Origin: Candidatus Woesebacteria bacterium
GTDB lineage: Bacteria > Patescibacteriota > Microgenomatia > UBA1400 > PJMF01
DNA: 64,000 nt
Assembly (NCBI GenBank): GCA_050123235.1
Contig: JASFHL010000006.1
Span: 1,707 to 65,706 of the forward strand
Direction of reading: 5' to 3'
Part shown: positions 39,657-48,755 of the stretch, in pieces
How the letters are laid out: every line of letters starts with the position of its first letter
Numbering within the stretch: the first letter of the stretch is position 1
The notes under the pieces: generated by a model
Databases searched by the model: none
Seen by the model: the letters and a program-made list of their open reading frames with translations, nothing else
What the model was told of the DNA's origin: nothing
Program-made: the position numbers and the translations under genes

Positions 39657-40538
39657 TTAGCAAAAATTTGCTTGGATAACAGCCTTCAAATCCTGTTTCA
39701 GCTCTGGCTTATCTTTAGCCACCATCAGATTAGCCTTTAACCAGCCTGATAAATTACCTCCATCTAAATAAGTCCCTTGAGGGGTAAATACTAGCACTTC
39801 ATCTGTTTTAATTAAATTTAGCAAAGAATCAGTGATCAAAACTTCTTTAACTCTAGCATTGGGTTTTTGTTGTTCAATAATATTAAAAATTTGTGGAGTA
39901 AAAACATATTTACTAATATTAACTAAATTTGATGGTGCTTGACCCGAAGCTGGTTTTTCTATCAAAGCAGTTAGATAATTAAAACCTTCTCTGTTTTCAA
40001 CTTTAGCTACCCCATAGCGATGTAAATCTTTTTCTTTTTTTTCAATACAAGTCATTAAAGCTGCTGTATGACTCATTTTAAAACAATTAATCATTCTTGA
40101 AGTTTCAGAAGAGCCATCAGCATTATAAATAAAATCATCACCCATAAAAACTAAAAAAGCATCTTCATTTTTAACATGTTCTTTAGCTAATAAAACAGGT
40201 ATGGCTGTACCGTATTCATCATCGTCACTTTGTTTAACAAAATGGAACTTTGCTTTTTAATGAAGTGTTTTAATTTTTTTATAAAGATGCAGTTTTTGTC
40301 TTTTTTTTAAATAATGAAACAAACGTTTATTTTCTCTATAAAAATGCAGAATTTGATAATTATGTTTACTAATCACAAAAATAATTTCTTCAATGCCTGC
40401 TTTAACACAATCTTCTACCACATAATCGATCAAAGGCCTATTCAAAACTGGTAACATTTCTTTCTGAATGCTTTTAGTAATAGGGAGCATCCTGCTACCA
40501 AAACCAGCTGCTGCTATGACTGCTTTTTTAATTTTCAT
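39657..40538 (-). pseudogene. UTP--glucose-1-phosphate uridylyltransferase (GalU)-like gene interrupted by one in-frame TAA (plus 40257-40259)
   Basis: N-terminal part KAVIAAAGFGSRMLPITKSIQKEMLPV and C-terminal part GDDFIY... are in the same frame. The 111 nt between them also encode GalU-like sequence (GTAIPVLLAKEHVKNEDAFLVF). Confidence 0.6.
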
Positions 40539-40549
40539 ATAAATCTATT

Positions 40550-41890
40550 TTACAGACCTCTTACCAAGATCGCATCAACTACTCGTTTTACAGCTGTCAT
40601 ATAAGTAGCCATTCTGCCATCAACTTGATGTTTTTCCTTTGTCTGCCACATTTCAGCAAAAGCCTTTTCCATCATTGGTTTGAGTCTATCTAAAACTTCT
40701 TTTTTAGTCCAATAGAAACTTTGCAGGTTCTGCACCCATTCAAAATATGAAACAGTTACTCCGCCTGCATTAGCCAAAATATCGGGAACAACTAAAATAT
40801 CCTTTTTAGCTAAAATCTGATCAGCTTCAGGAGTAAGCGGGCCATTGGCTAATTCAATAATAGCCTTAGCTTTGATTTTGTTAGCATTTTCTTTAGTAAT
40901 TACATTTTCCAAAGCAGCTGGTACTAAAATATCAACATCTAATTCCAAGAGTTCTTGGTTACTAATTTGTTTACCATTATTTAGATCACACTTTTCATGA
41001 GAACAAAGACAATTTGCCACTTTGCCTTTTTTTTGTTTGCAATCTAAAGTTTTTTGAGGAGCTAATCCCTGCTCCACATAAACTCCTCCTTTAGAATCTG
41101 AAACAGCCACCACTTTGTAGCCCAAATCATCAGCGTGTTTGGCAAACCAAAAACCCACATTACCAAAACCTTGGATAGCAATACTGACGTCTTTTTTACG
41201 TTTAATTCCCAATGCTTGTACTAGTGCTTCCAAAATATAAACTCCACCTAGACCAGTGGCTTCTTCACGCCCTTCAGAGCCACCTAGTGTCAGTGGTTTA
41301 CCAGTGAAAGTAGCCCAAGGATTAACTTGCAAGCTAGAAGCGCAGCAACAGCCACATTTTTCTTCTGCACAGGGCTTTGTTTTTCTAATTTTTTGATATT
41401 CATCTACCATCCAAGCCATGATTTGACCATTGGTATTGACGTCTGGAGCTGGCACATCTACCCAAGGACCTATATTATTAGCAATAAAACAAGCATAAGC
41501 GCGACTCAATCTCTCTAATTCAGTTTCGCTTAATTTTTTAGGATCAACGATCACACCTCCCTTACCGCCACCATAGGGGATACCAGTAACTGCGCATTTC
41601 CAAGTCATCCAAGTTGACAAGGCCTTAACTTCGTCTATAGTCACATTGGGATGATAACGAATACCACCCTTATAAGGACCACGAGCATTATTATGTTGGG
41701 AGCGATAAGCTTTAAATTTTTTTGTCTTGCCATTATCCATCTTAACTTCCAGCTCAGTCTCTAATAATTTTTCAGGTTCTTTTAATTTTTTAATTGCTCG
41801 CTCAAATTTTTTCTTATCTTGGTATTGGGGCTTAAGTAATTTGGCAACAGCCTCTAGTTGTTTAATAGCGTTGGCATGTAGATTTGACAT
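40550..41890 (-). CDS. gdhA: NAD(P)-glutamate dehydrogenase with two cysteine-rich insertions
   Basis: KGGIRYHP and GIPYGGGKGG motifs. Insertions KPCAEEKCGCCCASS and DCKQKKGKVANCLCSHEKCD. Confidence 0.9.
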   Translation of the reverse strand: MSNLHANAIKQLEAVAKLLKPQYQDKKKFERAIKKLKEPEKLLETELEVKMDNGKTKKFKAYRSQHNNARGPYKGGIRYHPNVTIDEVKALSTWMTWKCAVTGIPYGGGKGGVIVDPKKLSETELERLSRAYACFIANNIGPWVDVPAPDVNTNGQIMAWMVDEYQKIRKTKPCAEEKCGCCCASSLQVNPWATFTGKPLTLGGSEGREEATGLGGVYILEALVQALGIKRKKDVSIAIQGFGNVGFWFAKHADDLGYKVVAVSDSKGGVYVEQGLAPQKTLDCKQKKGKVANCLCSHEKCDLNNGKQISNQELLELDVDILVPAALENVITKENANKIKAKAIIELANGPLTPEADQILAKKDILVVPDILANAGGVTVSYFEWVQNLQSFYWTKKEVLDRLKPMMEKAFAEMWQTKEKHQVDGRMATYMTAVKRVVDAILVRGL

Positions 41891-41996
41891 CAGATTCCTT
41901 TAATTAGACTGCTAGTAATATCAAGAAGAACTTTAGTTAATTATCTCCTGTTCGTCTTTGTTCTTAGGCAGGATCTTCTGCAATAAAATTAAATCT

Positions 41997-42030
41997 AGTA
42001 TACCCCCGGGGGGTATGTGAGTCAAGCTTC
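41997..42030 (-). promoter_or_regulatory. gdhA promoter TTGACT-N17-TATACT with the ATACCCCC-G-GGGGGTAT palindrome (CsoR/RcnR-type operator) in the spacer
   Basis: Reverse complement of plus 41995-42027 reads gcTTGACTcacataccccccgggggTATACT. Palindrome at plus 42002-42018. Confidence 0.5.
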
Positions 42031-42043
42031 GAATCAAAACAGA

Positions 42044-43813
42044 TTATTTCACTGTCACACTCTTAGCAAGATTTCTTGGTTTATCAGGATCAGCTCCTAA
42101 ACCAATTGCTAAAAAGTAAGCTAAAAGTTGTCCAACGATCACATTGGCGATCACAGTTAGCTCTTGCCAATCTGGCGTTTTAATCAGCTTGTCAAATTCT
42201 GTGGCTTTGAAAGAACTAATACCAATAGTTCTAGCTCCCCTAGCCTTAAGTTCAGTGACACTCGAAAGTAATTCTGCTTTTAAATGATCATTGCTAGCTA
42301 AAGCAAAACAGGGAGTTCCATTTTTAACCAAACTAATCACTCCATGCTTCAGCTCACTAGCAGCGAAAGCTTCTGCATGAAGATAACTGCTTTCTTTGAT
42401 CTTTAAGGCAAATTCTAAAGCACCAGCATAATTTTCCTTTTTGCCAATCACGTAAATGTGATCTTCATCTAGAAGTGTCTTAGCTAGCTTGATCACTTTT
42501 TTTTCTAATTCTTCAGTTAACCATTTTTTAAGATCTTGTCCGACTTTTTTAAGCCTTTTTTGAGCTGCAGGGTATTGACCAGCTACAGCTTGACTTAATA
42601 AATAAATAGTAGCCAATTGGGCTGTGAAAGCTTTGGTGGAAACTACAGCAATTTCTGGTCCAGCACCAACTGATAAAACATAATCAGCTAATCTCTCTAA
42701 AGTTGATCCTCTAGCATTGATCACTGCCAATAATTTAGCTCCTTTTTCTTTGGCTCGTCTACTGGCAATTAAGGTGTCCGCTGTTTCACCGCTTTGAGAA
42801 ATAGCAATCACTAAAGTGTTTTTATCACAAAATTGAGCAAAGCTTTCAAATTCGTGGGCATGAAAGGCTAGGGCTTCGACTCCTACTTGAGCAAAATAAT
42901 AAGTTGAAAGCAGACAACAATGATAAGCAGTGCCACAGGCTAATAAGATTACTTTTTTATTTTTCTTGATTTGTTTGGCAATGCTTAATATTTCTTCTTT
43001 ATTAATCAAAGCTGTTCTGGGAATTGTTTCTTTTTGCTCAAAGATTTCTTTAATTAAAAAATGAGGAAAATTACCTTTTTCAGCAGTTTCTTCATCCCAA
43101 TCAATTTGCTCAATGCGGAGCTTTTTTTCTTTGCCTGAATCGAGTGAATAGAGTTTAATGCCAGTTTCTGATAAAACAATGCCTTCTCTGTCTTTTAGAT
43201 AAATTACTCTATTTGTGTGCTTCAATAAAGCAGTCACGTCAGAAGCTAAATAGTATCTATCTTGCCCTACTCCGACTATTAATGGCGAACCATCTCTACA
43301 GGCGATGATTTGTTTTGATTCTATATCAAAAATAACGATGGCATTGGAACCAGCAATAATATTGAAACTCTCAAAAACTGCCTTAACTACATCCAAAGTC
43401 TTCTTTTTTTCTTCAATCAAGTGAGCAATTACTTCAGTATCTGTTTCTGATTGAAAATGGTGTTTTTTCTTCTTAAGTTGAGATTTTAGTTCTTGGTAGT
43501 TTTCAACAATACCATTGTGTACAACAGCCACCTTTCCCGAGCCATCTAAATGCGGATGAGCATTTTCATCAGTTACTCCACCATGTGTAGCCCAACGGGT
43601 ATGACCAATTGCCATTGAACTAGCTGGTAAAGAAACCCTTGCCTCGCCAATTTTGCCAACATGTTTTTCAAGTTTTATTTTGTCTGACTTACTTGGTTTA
43701 ACTGCCACACCCCATGAATCATAACCACGATATTCGAGTTTTTTCAAACCTTCCAAAACAGTCTCAGCCGCTTGTTTTTTTTCATCATTGATTACAGCAA
43801 AAATTCCACACAT
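42044..43813 (-). CDS. glmS: glutamine--fructose-6-phosphate aminotransferase
   Basis: MCGIF N-terminal nucleophile; two SIS domains. Confidence 0.95.
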   Translation of the reverse strand: MCGIFAVINDEKKQAAETVLEGLKKLEYRGYDSWGVAVKPSKSDKIKLEKHVGKIGEARVSLPASSMAIGHTRWATHGGVTDENAHPHLDGSGKVAVVHNGIVENYQELKSQLKKKKHHFQSETDTEVIAHLIEEKKKTLDVVKAVFESFNIIAGSNAIVIFDIESKQIIACRDGSPLIVGVGQDRYYLASDVTALLKHTNRVIYLKDREGIVLSETGIKLYSLDSGKEKKLRIEQIDWDEETAEKGNFPHFLIKEIFEQKETIPRTALINKEEILSIAKQIKKNKKVILLACGTAYHCCLLSTYYFAQVGVEALAFHAHEFESFAQFCDKNTLVIAISQSGETADTLIASRRAKEKGAKLLAVINARGSTLERLADYVLSVGAGPEIAVVSTKAFTAQLATIYLLSQAVAGQYPAAQKRLKKVGQDLKKWLTEELEKKVIKLAKTLLDEDHIYVIGKKENYAGALEFALKIKESSYLHAEAFAASELKHGVISLVKNGTPCFALASNDHLKAELLSSVTELKARGARTIGISSFKATEFDKLIKTPDWQELTVIANVIVGQLLAYFLAIGLGADPDKPRNLAKSVTVK

Positions 43814-43815
43814 AG

Positions 43816-45021
43816 TTATTGATTAATATTTTTTTTAATTATTGAACCTGGCTCTATCACTGCCTCATTTTTAATTATCACTCCGGGCATGGTACTAGAC
43901 TGAACTCCAACTTTAACATTATGCCCCATGATCACTCCTAAATTTTTTCTTTTGCTATCTGTTTTTTTAGCTTTAACAACAGTTTTGACAGTAGCTCTAT
44001 CTAATCTCCTATTGGCAGAAATAAAACCTGCCCCTATTCTCACTCCCTGACCCAAGACAGAATCTCCAATAAAACCACTATGACAATGAGCATCAGTCAT
44101 CAAAATGCTATTAGCCACATCAGCAAAGCGTTGAACTTCTGCTCTATCTTCTAGTACAGAACCTTTACGCAAGATGCAATGTTGACCAACTACAGCCTTT
44201 TTACCTATATAAGCCGGACCTTCAACAATAGCATAATCAGCAACAATTGCTTCAGGACCAATATAGACATCACCCTTAATCAAGGCTGTCGGAGATATTT
44301 TAGCTTGTTTAGAGATTGAAAATTTGAACTTTTGAAATAGCTCATTTTTAAGATCCAATAAATGCCAAGGGTATTTAAGAGAAGCTGGAGTTTTTTCAAA
44401 CTTAGCAACCTTAACTTCATGTTTTTGCATATAGTTATTCAAAGCAGTTTCCAAAAGATACTCTTCGGCTGGCAAAGATGACATGTAATTTAGAAAATCT
44501 CTATTTAATAGATAAATGCCAATAATTCGATACGGATTTTTTATTTTCTGCTGTGGTTTTTCAATCAAAGAAATTGCTTTAACTCCCTCAATAGAGACAA
44601 CACCATAAATTTTTGGATTGTCAGTTGCTGTAGCAGCCAAAGCGGAAGAACTATTCAAATTAATCATTTTTTGTAAATAATCAGCTGCATTGACTTGACT
44701 GGCATTCATCACAAAAAAATGCTCATCGAGTAAATCTTTGGCAGCCAAAATAGCGTCAGCCATTCCTCGAGCTTCTTTTTGAATAGCAATTTCCAGTTTT
44801 TCAAAATTTTGAACATAATCTTTTAACAAAGATTTAGTCCTTGAGTTTGACTGATTTACTACTACTACCACTTTTTTTATTTTAGCTTCGATTAAAGAAT
44901 CTAAAGTCCAATAAAGTATTGGTTTGCCCATTAACACAGTTTCAACTTTGCTTTCTTTTATTGAAAAAGGAAAAAATCTGGAAGATTTGCCGGCGGCTAA
45001 TAAAACTGCTTGCTTTGGCAT
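43816..45021 (-). CDS. bifunctional sugar-1-phosphate nucleotidyltransferase / left-handed-beta-helix acetyltransferase (GlmU-like)
   Basis: LAAGKSSRF nucleotidyltransferase motif and C-terminal hexapeptide repeats. Adjacent to glmS. Confidence 0.6.
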   Translation of the reverse strand: MPKQAVLLAAGKSSRFFPFSIKESKVETVLMGKPILYWTLDSLIEAKIKKVVVVVNQSNSRTKSLLKDYVQNFEKLEIAIQKEARGMADAILAAKDLLDEHFFVMNASQVNAADYLQKMINLNSSSALAATATDNPKIYGVVSIEGVKAISLIEKPQQKIKNPYRIIGIYLLNRDFLNYMSSLPAEEYLLETALNNYMQKHEVKVAKFEKTPASLKYPWHLLDLKNELFQKFKFSISKQAKISPTALIKGDVYIGPEAIVADYAIVEGPAYIGKKAVVGQHCILRKGSVLEDRAEVQRFADVANSILMTDAHCHSGFIGDSVLGQGVRIGAGFISANRRLDRATVKTVVKAKKTDSKRKNLGVIMGHNVKVGVQSSTMPGVIIKNEAVIEPGSIIKKNINQ

Positions 45022-45037
45022 AAAAATTTAATTTTTT

Positions 45038-45694
45038 TTATAAAAAATTATTCAATTGCATCATATCATGAATACAATAATTAGCTTTTTTTGATTTTTT
45101 GGAAAATAAAACTCCAATACCTCCTTGCTCCTGACCAATTTGACAATCTTTTTCCCAATTATCTCCCACGTAAAGACACTCCTCAGCTTTAAGTTTAAAT
45201 TTTTTCCAAGCCCGCTCATAATATTTGATGCTTGGTTTCATCACTTTCATCTCATCAGAATTAAATATTAAATCAAATCTATCTTTTAAATTAAACTTAT
45301 TCAATTTGAGATCAGTTAGTCTTTGACTGCCCTCAGTGATGAGTATTTTTAAGACAGACAAATCTTGTTCCAAAAACCGCCTGCTTCCTTTAGTAAGACT
45401 GAGCTTTGCTGCCACTTCATCTTCAAGTATTCTAACTGCATCAGGAATAAAACTTTTATCTAAGTTTAACTTACCCAGCGTTTGAGCAAGCGAATATTCA
45501 AAAGAGCGTTCTTTTGGGTTTTTAGAAAATTTAAGTTTTTTGACAGTTACGCGCCATTGTTTGAAAATTATTTCTTCATCAAAAGATAGTTTTTGAGCAA
45601 GAAAATCAATTGCTTTTTTATAGGCAGCTTGGGAAATATTAGCTGTATTGACTAGAGTATTATCTAAATCAAAAAAAATTGCTTTAATTCTCAT
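45038..45694 (-). CDS. HAD-superfamily hydrolase
   Basis: FFDLDNTLV motif I; downstream GDN motif. Confidence 0.7.
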   Translation of the reverse strand: MRIKAIFFDLDNTLVNTANISQAAYKKAIDFLAQKLSFDEEIIFKQWRVTVKKLKFSKNPKERSFEYSLAQTLGKLNLDKSFIPDAVRILEDEVAAKLSLTKGSRRFLEQDLSVLKILITEGSQRLTDLKLNKFNLKDRFDLIFNSDEMKVMKPSIKYYERAWKKFKLKAEECLYVGDNWEKDCQIGQEQGGIGVLFSKKSKKANYCIHDMMQLNNFL

Positions 45695-46710
45695 GGGTTT
45701 ACGATTTTGACTAATACTTTAGCTAATTTATAGGCATCATGACGTAATAAAGTTCTAATAACAGTATCACTTTTATTTTGTTGAATCAGAGACTTAGAAA
45801 GTAACTTTGCTTTGATAATCTGGCTTTGCTCCAAATTAACTAAATCATCTCTTATCGGAAACTCTTTGCAGCGAGCATATCTTGCAGCTAAATCTGCTGG
45901 CATCTGCTCAGAATTTAAAATAACTATATCTGGTCTTCTGCCACAGTATCTGATCACTTCTGTTAGGTGATCCTTGGCAGTCATTTTATGTGTCTGCGCA
46001 TAATGCGTCATCAGATTGACAATATAAACAAACTTTCCTTTATTCTCTTTCAGAGCTGCTTTGAAACCTTTGGGCAAAGCATTAACCAAAAGACTAGCAT
46101 ATAAATCACCTGGTCCTAAAATAATCATATCTGCCGATTCGATGGCTGCAGCTGCTTTTTTATAAATCTGACTCTTTGGTTCAAGTTCTATTTTAGTAAT
46201 TCTCTTACCTCCATAACGACTATCATCTAAAGTGTGTTCGCCAATATTAATAGTCCCATCTTGGTAATGAATCTTCAAACTAGTGTCTTTTTCTGTAATC
46301 GGATAAACTCGGCCATTAATTCTAAAGATACGAGCAGCTGTTTCTATTGCTTGAGCAGGAGAATTACTTAAATATTCAAGAGCAGTTAAGATCAGATTGC
46401 CCAGATTATGTCCTTTAAGACCATTGCCTTTATTAAAACGATAAAGTAATAAGTTTCTGATATCTTCCTGATATCGGCCATCAGCTAAAGCGGCCAAACA
46501 CTGTCTCAAATCACCGACTGCTAAAAAACCAAATTCATCACGCAATCTGCCAGTCGATCCACCTGAATCAAAAACCGCCACAATGGCAGTTAGATCAAGC
46601 TTTGCCTCATTCTTAAGCCCTGAGAGAACCACTGAAGTGCCTGTTCCTCCACCAATGACTACTACTTTCTTTTTACGAACTTTTTTTACCATACCAGACA
46701 AGTATAGCAA
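45691..46710 (-). CDS. YvcK / gluconeogenesis-factor (CofD-like, UPF0052) family protein
   Basis: VVIGGGTGTSVVLSGLK and FDSGGSTGRLRDEFG motifs. Confidence 0.75.
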   Translation of the reverse strand: MLYLSGMVKKVRKKKVVVIGGGTGTSVVLSGLKNEAKLDLTAIVAVFDSGGSTGRLRDEFGFLAVGDLRQCLAALADGRYQEDIRNLLLYRFNKGNGLKGHNLGNLILTALEYLSNSPAQAIETAARIFRINGRVYPITEKDTSLKIHYQDGTINIGEHTLDDSRYGGKRITKIELEPKSQIYKKAAAAIESADMIILGPGDLYASLLVNALPKGFKAALKENKGKFVYIVNLMTHYAQTHKMTAKDHLTEVIRYCGRRPDIVILNSEQMPADLAARYARCKEFPIRDDLVNLEQSQIIKAKLLSKSLIQQNKSDTVIRTLLRHDAYKLAKVLVKIVNP

Positions 46711-46736
46711 ATTTTAAAAAAAAAGGAGATGTGAAC

Positions 46737-47795
46737 TCAGCTTTCTAGCCAAGCTTCTGCATCTAAGGCTGCGCTACAACCTTGACCAGCTGCAGTAATG
46801 GCTTGTTTATAACGCAAATCAACAACATCGCCTGCAGCAAACACGCCTTCTACTGAAGTCATGCTGGGGTAATCAACTAGACCATTTTTATTTAAAGCTT
46901 GTTTAGCTTTTTCTAAACCAGCTTTGGAAAGACTTAAGCGGGTGATCAAATATTTTTTTTCATCCATTTCTAGCTGTCCTGCAAAAATCTCAGTCACTGG
47001 TCGATGGCCGATGGCCAAAAAGACTCCATCTGCTGTCAATTTTTGTATTTTGCCATTTATTTTAATTTTTATTTTTTCAACTTTATCTTGACCCAGCACT
47101 TCTTTAAGATTGCTATTCCATAAAACCTCAATCTTAGGATGCTTAAGAACTCGATCTTGCATAATTTTGCTGGCTCTAAATCTATCTCTGCGATGAATAA
47201 TATGAACTTCTTTGGCAAACTTAGTTAAAGCCAAAGCATCTTCCATAGCAGTATCACCCCCACCCACTACATAGACTTTTTTGTCTTTATAAAAGGCAGC
47301 GTCACAAACAGCACAAGTGCTAAGACCTCTACCTAAAAATTTTTGTTCTCCTGGAATACCTAACATGATCGAAGTAGCTCCAGTGCAAACAATCACTGCC
47401 TCGGGTTCAATGTCATGCTTTTTCTTTTTTATTTTAGCAGTCAAAGCTAGGATTTTTTCAGACTTAGCTTTTTTATAAAAATCATAAGCTGTACTTTCTG
47501 GTAAGCTAGTCCAAAGTTTGAAAGGTCTTTTTTTAAAATCAACAGCTGTCACTAGTTGGTCAACAATTTGAGTTTCAAAATGTTCTGCTTGCTGACGTAA
47601 GCTCATCATGAATTCAGGACCTTGAATTCCTTTAGGAAAGCCAGGAAAATTTTCAAGTTCAGTGGTATACATTAGTTGACCACCGCTTTCGAGGCCAGTG
47701 AAAAGTATGGGTTTCAGTTTTGCGCGAGCTGCATAAATAGCGGCTGTGTAGCCAGCAGGCCCAGAACCGATGATTGCCAATTTTGTTTTGATCAT
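46737..47795 (-). CDS. trxB: thioredoxin-disulfide reductase
   Basis: GSGPAGYTAA FAD motif and CAVCD redox centre. Confidence 0.85.
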   Translation of the reverse strand: MIKTKLAIIGSGPAGYTAAIYAARAKLKPILFTGLESGGQLMYTTELENFPGFPKGIQGPEFMMSLRQQAEHFETQIVDQLVTAVDFKKRPFKLWTSLPESTAYDFYKKAKSEKILALTAKIKKKKHDIEPEAVIVCTGATSIMLGIPGEQKFLGRGLSTCAVCDAAFYKDKKVYVVGGGDTAMEDALALTKFAKEVHIIHRRDRFRASKIMQDRVLKHPKIEVLWNSNLKEVLGQDKVEKIKIKINGKIQKLTADGVFLAIGHRPVTEIFAGQLEMDEKKYLITRLSLSKAGLEKAKQALNKNGLVDYPSMTSVEGVFAAGDVVDLRYKQAITAAGQGCSAALDAEAWLES

Positions 47796-47826
47796 AAGAT
47801 TAATTTATTAGTTAAAGTATTTGAGT

Positions 47827-48003
47827 GAATCTCTAAAATATTATTATATATAAATCTTGCACACGTTCGCTGCAACATTTTATTTTTGTTTTAGATACAA
47901 GGCTCACTCGGTGAAGCTCGGTAGTAGATGAATTGCTAGCTCGAATCTAGCCAGACCTCGCTTCAACGGTAAAGATTTATATATAATAATATTTTAGAGA
48001 TTC
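47827..48003. repeat. perfect 32-bp inverted repeat (47827-47858 / 47972-48003) enclosing a 113-nt GC-richer core between trxA and trxB; the core is copy C of the 3'-UTR repeat family
   Basis: Arm gaatctctaaaatattattatatataaatctt and its exact reverse complement. Confidence 0.6.
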
Positions 48004-48033
48004 TAATCAAAGCACTAACTAATTAAACATTTA

Positions 48034-48381
48034 TTAATCTAAAACTCCCTCAATCATGGCTTTTAAGCCGGCTTCACCTGGAAAACCTACTTGTCGTTTT
48101 ACTTCTTTGATCTTTTTTCCATCAGCTTCAAAAATAATAACAGTAGGAATACTCATCACACCATATTCTTTAGCAGTAGTTTGATTTTCATCAACATTGA
48201 CTTTAACAATCATAATTTTATCTTTATATTCATCAGCTAATTTATCAATGATAGGGGCTGCCATTTGACAAGGCCCACACCAATCAGCATAAAAATCAAC
48301 CATTACTGGCTTGCCTGCTTTTTGAATACTTTGTTTAAAGTTATCATCATTTAGATGAGCTGCGCCTTTTTTGTCTGCCAT
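48034..48381 (-). CDS. trxA: thioredoxin
   Basis: WCGPC active site. Confidence 0.9.
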   Translation of the reverse strand: MADKKGAAHLNDDNFKQSIQKAGKPVMVDFYADWCGPCQMAAPIIDKLADEYKDKIMIVKVNVDENQTTAKEYGVMSIPTVIIFEADGKKIKEVKRQVGFPGEAGLKAMIEGVLD

Positions 48382-48410
48382 AAATCTCCTTTACAAAAAT
48401 TTATAAATCT

Positions 48411-48704
48411 TTAATATCTAAAAATCTCTTTTAAAATTTGATCTAGTTGTTTTATATTTCGTTCCTTGGAACAACGACTTGCTTCATTGCTTAGCAAATC
48501 TCTAGCCACTCTACCTAAAGAATTACGAGCTGCAATTACTTGTCTCACAATATCAATGCACATTCTTTCATCTTCATACATTTTAATCAAGCCGTCGATT
48601 TGACCTCTAATTCTTCTCAGTTGCTGAGCAACTTTGTCTTCTGTTTTATCTTTAGAGATTATAGAAATTTTTTTTAATTTTTTGTTTCGCTTTACTCGTG
48701 ACAT
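48411..48704 (-). CDS. CsoR/RcnR/FrmR-family (DUF156) metal/redox-sensing transcriptional repressor
   Basis: 97-aa protein with LRRIRGQIDGLIKMYEDERMCIDIVRQV...RC. The sensor positions read Cys...Asn...Cys rather than Cys-His-Cys. Confidence 0.7.
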   Translation of the reverse strand: MSRVKRNKKLKKISIISKDKTEDKVAQQLRRIRGQIDGLIKMYEDERMCIDIVRQVIAARNSLGRVARDLLSNEASRCSKERNIKQLDQILKEIFRY

Positions 48705-48709
48705 ATTAT

Positions 48710-48742
48710 TTTAATATACCCCCTGGGGGTATGTTAAGTCAA
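48710..48742 (-). promoter_or_regulatory. promoter of the CsoR-family gene, TTGACT-N18-TATATT, with the ATACCCCC-T-GGGGGTAT operator overlapping spacer and -10; -10 is ~8 nt from the ATG (leaderless)
   Basis: Reverse complement of plus 48705-48742 reads TTGACTtaacatacccccagggggTATATTaaaataat, followed by ATG. Confidence 0.5.
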
Positions 48743-48755
48743 GTAGATCTTTCTA

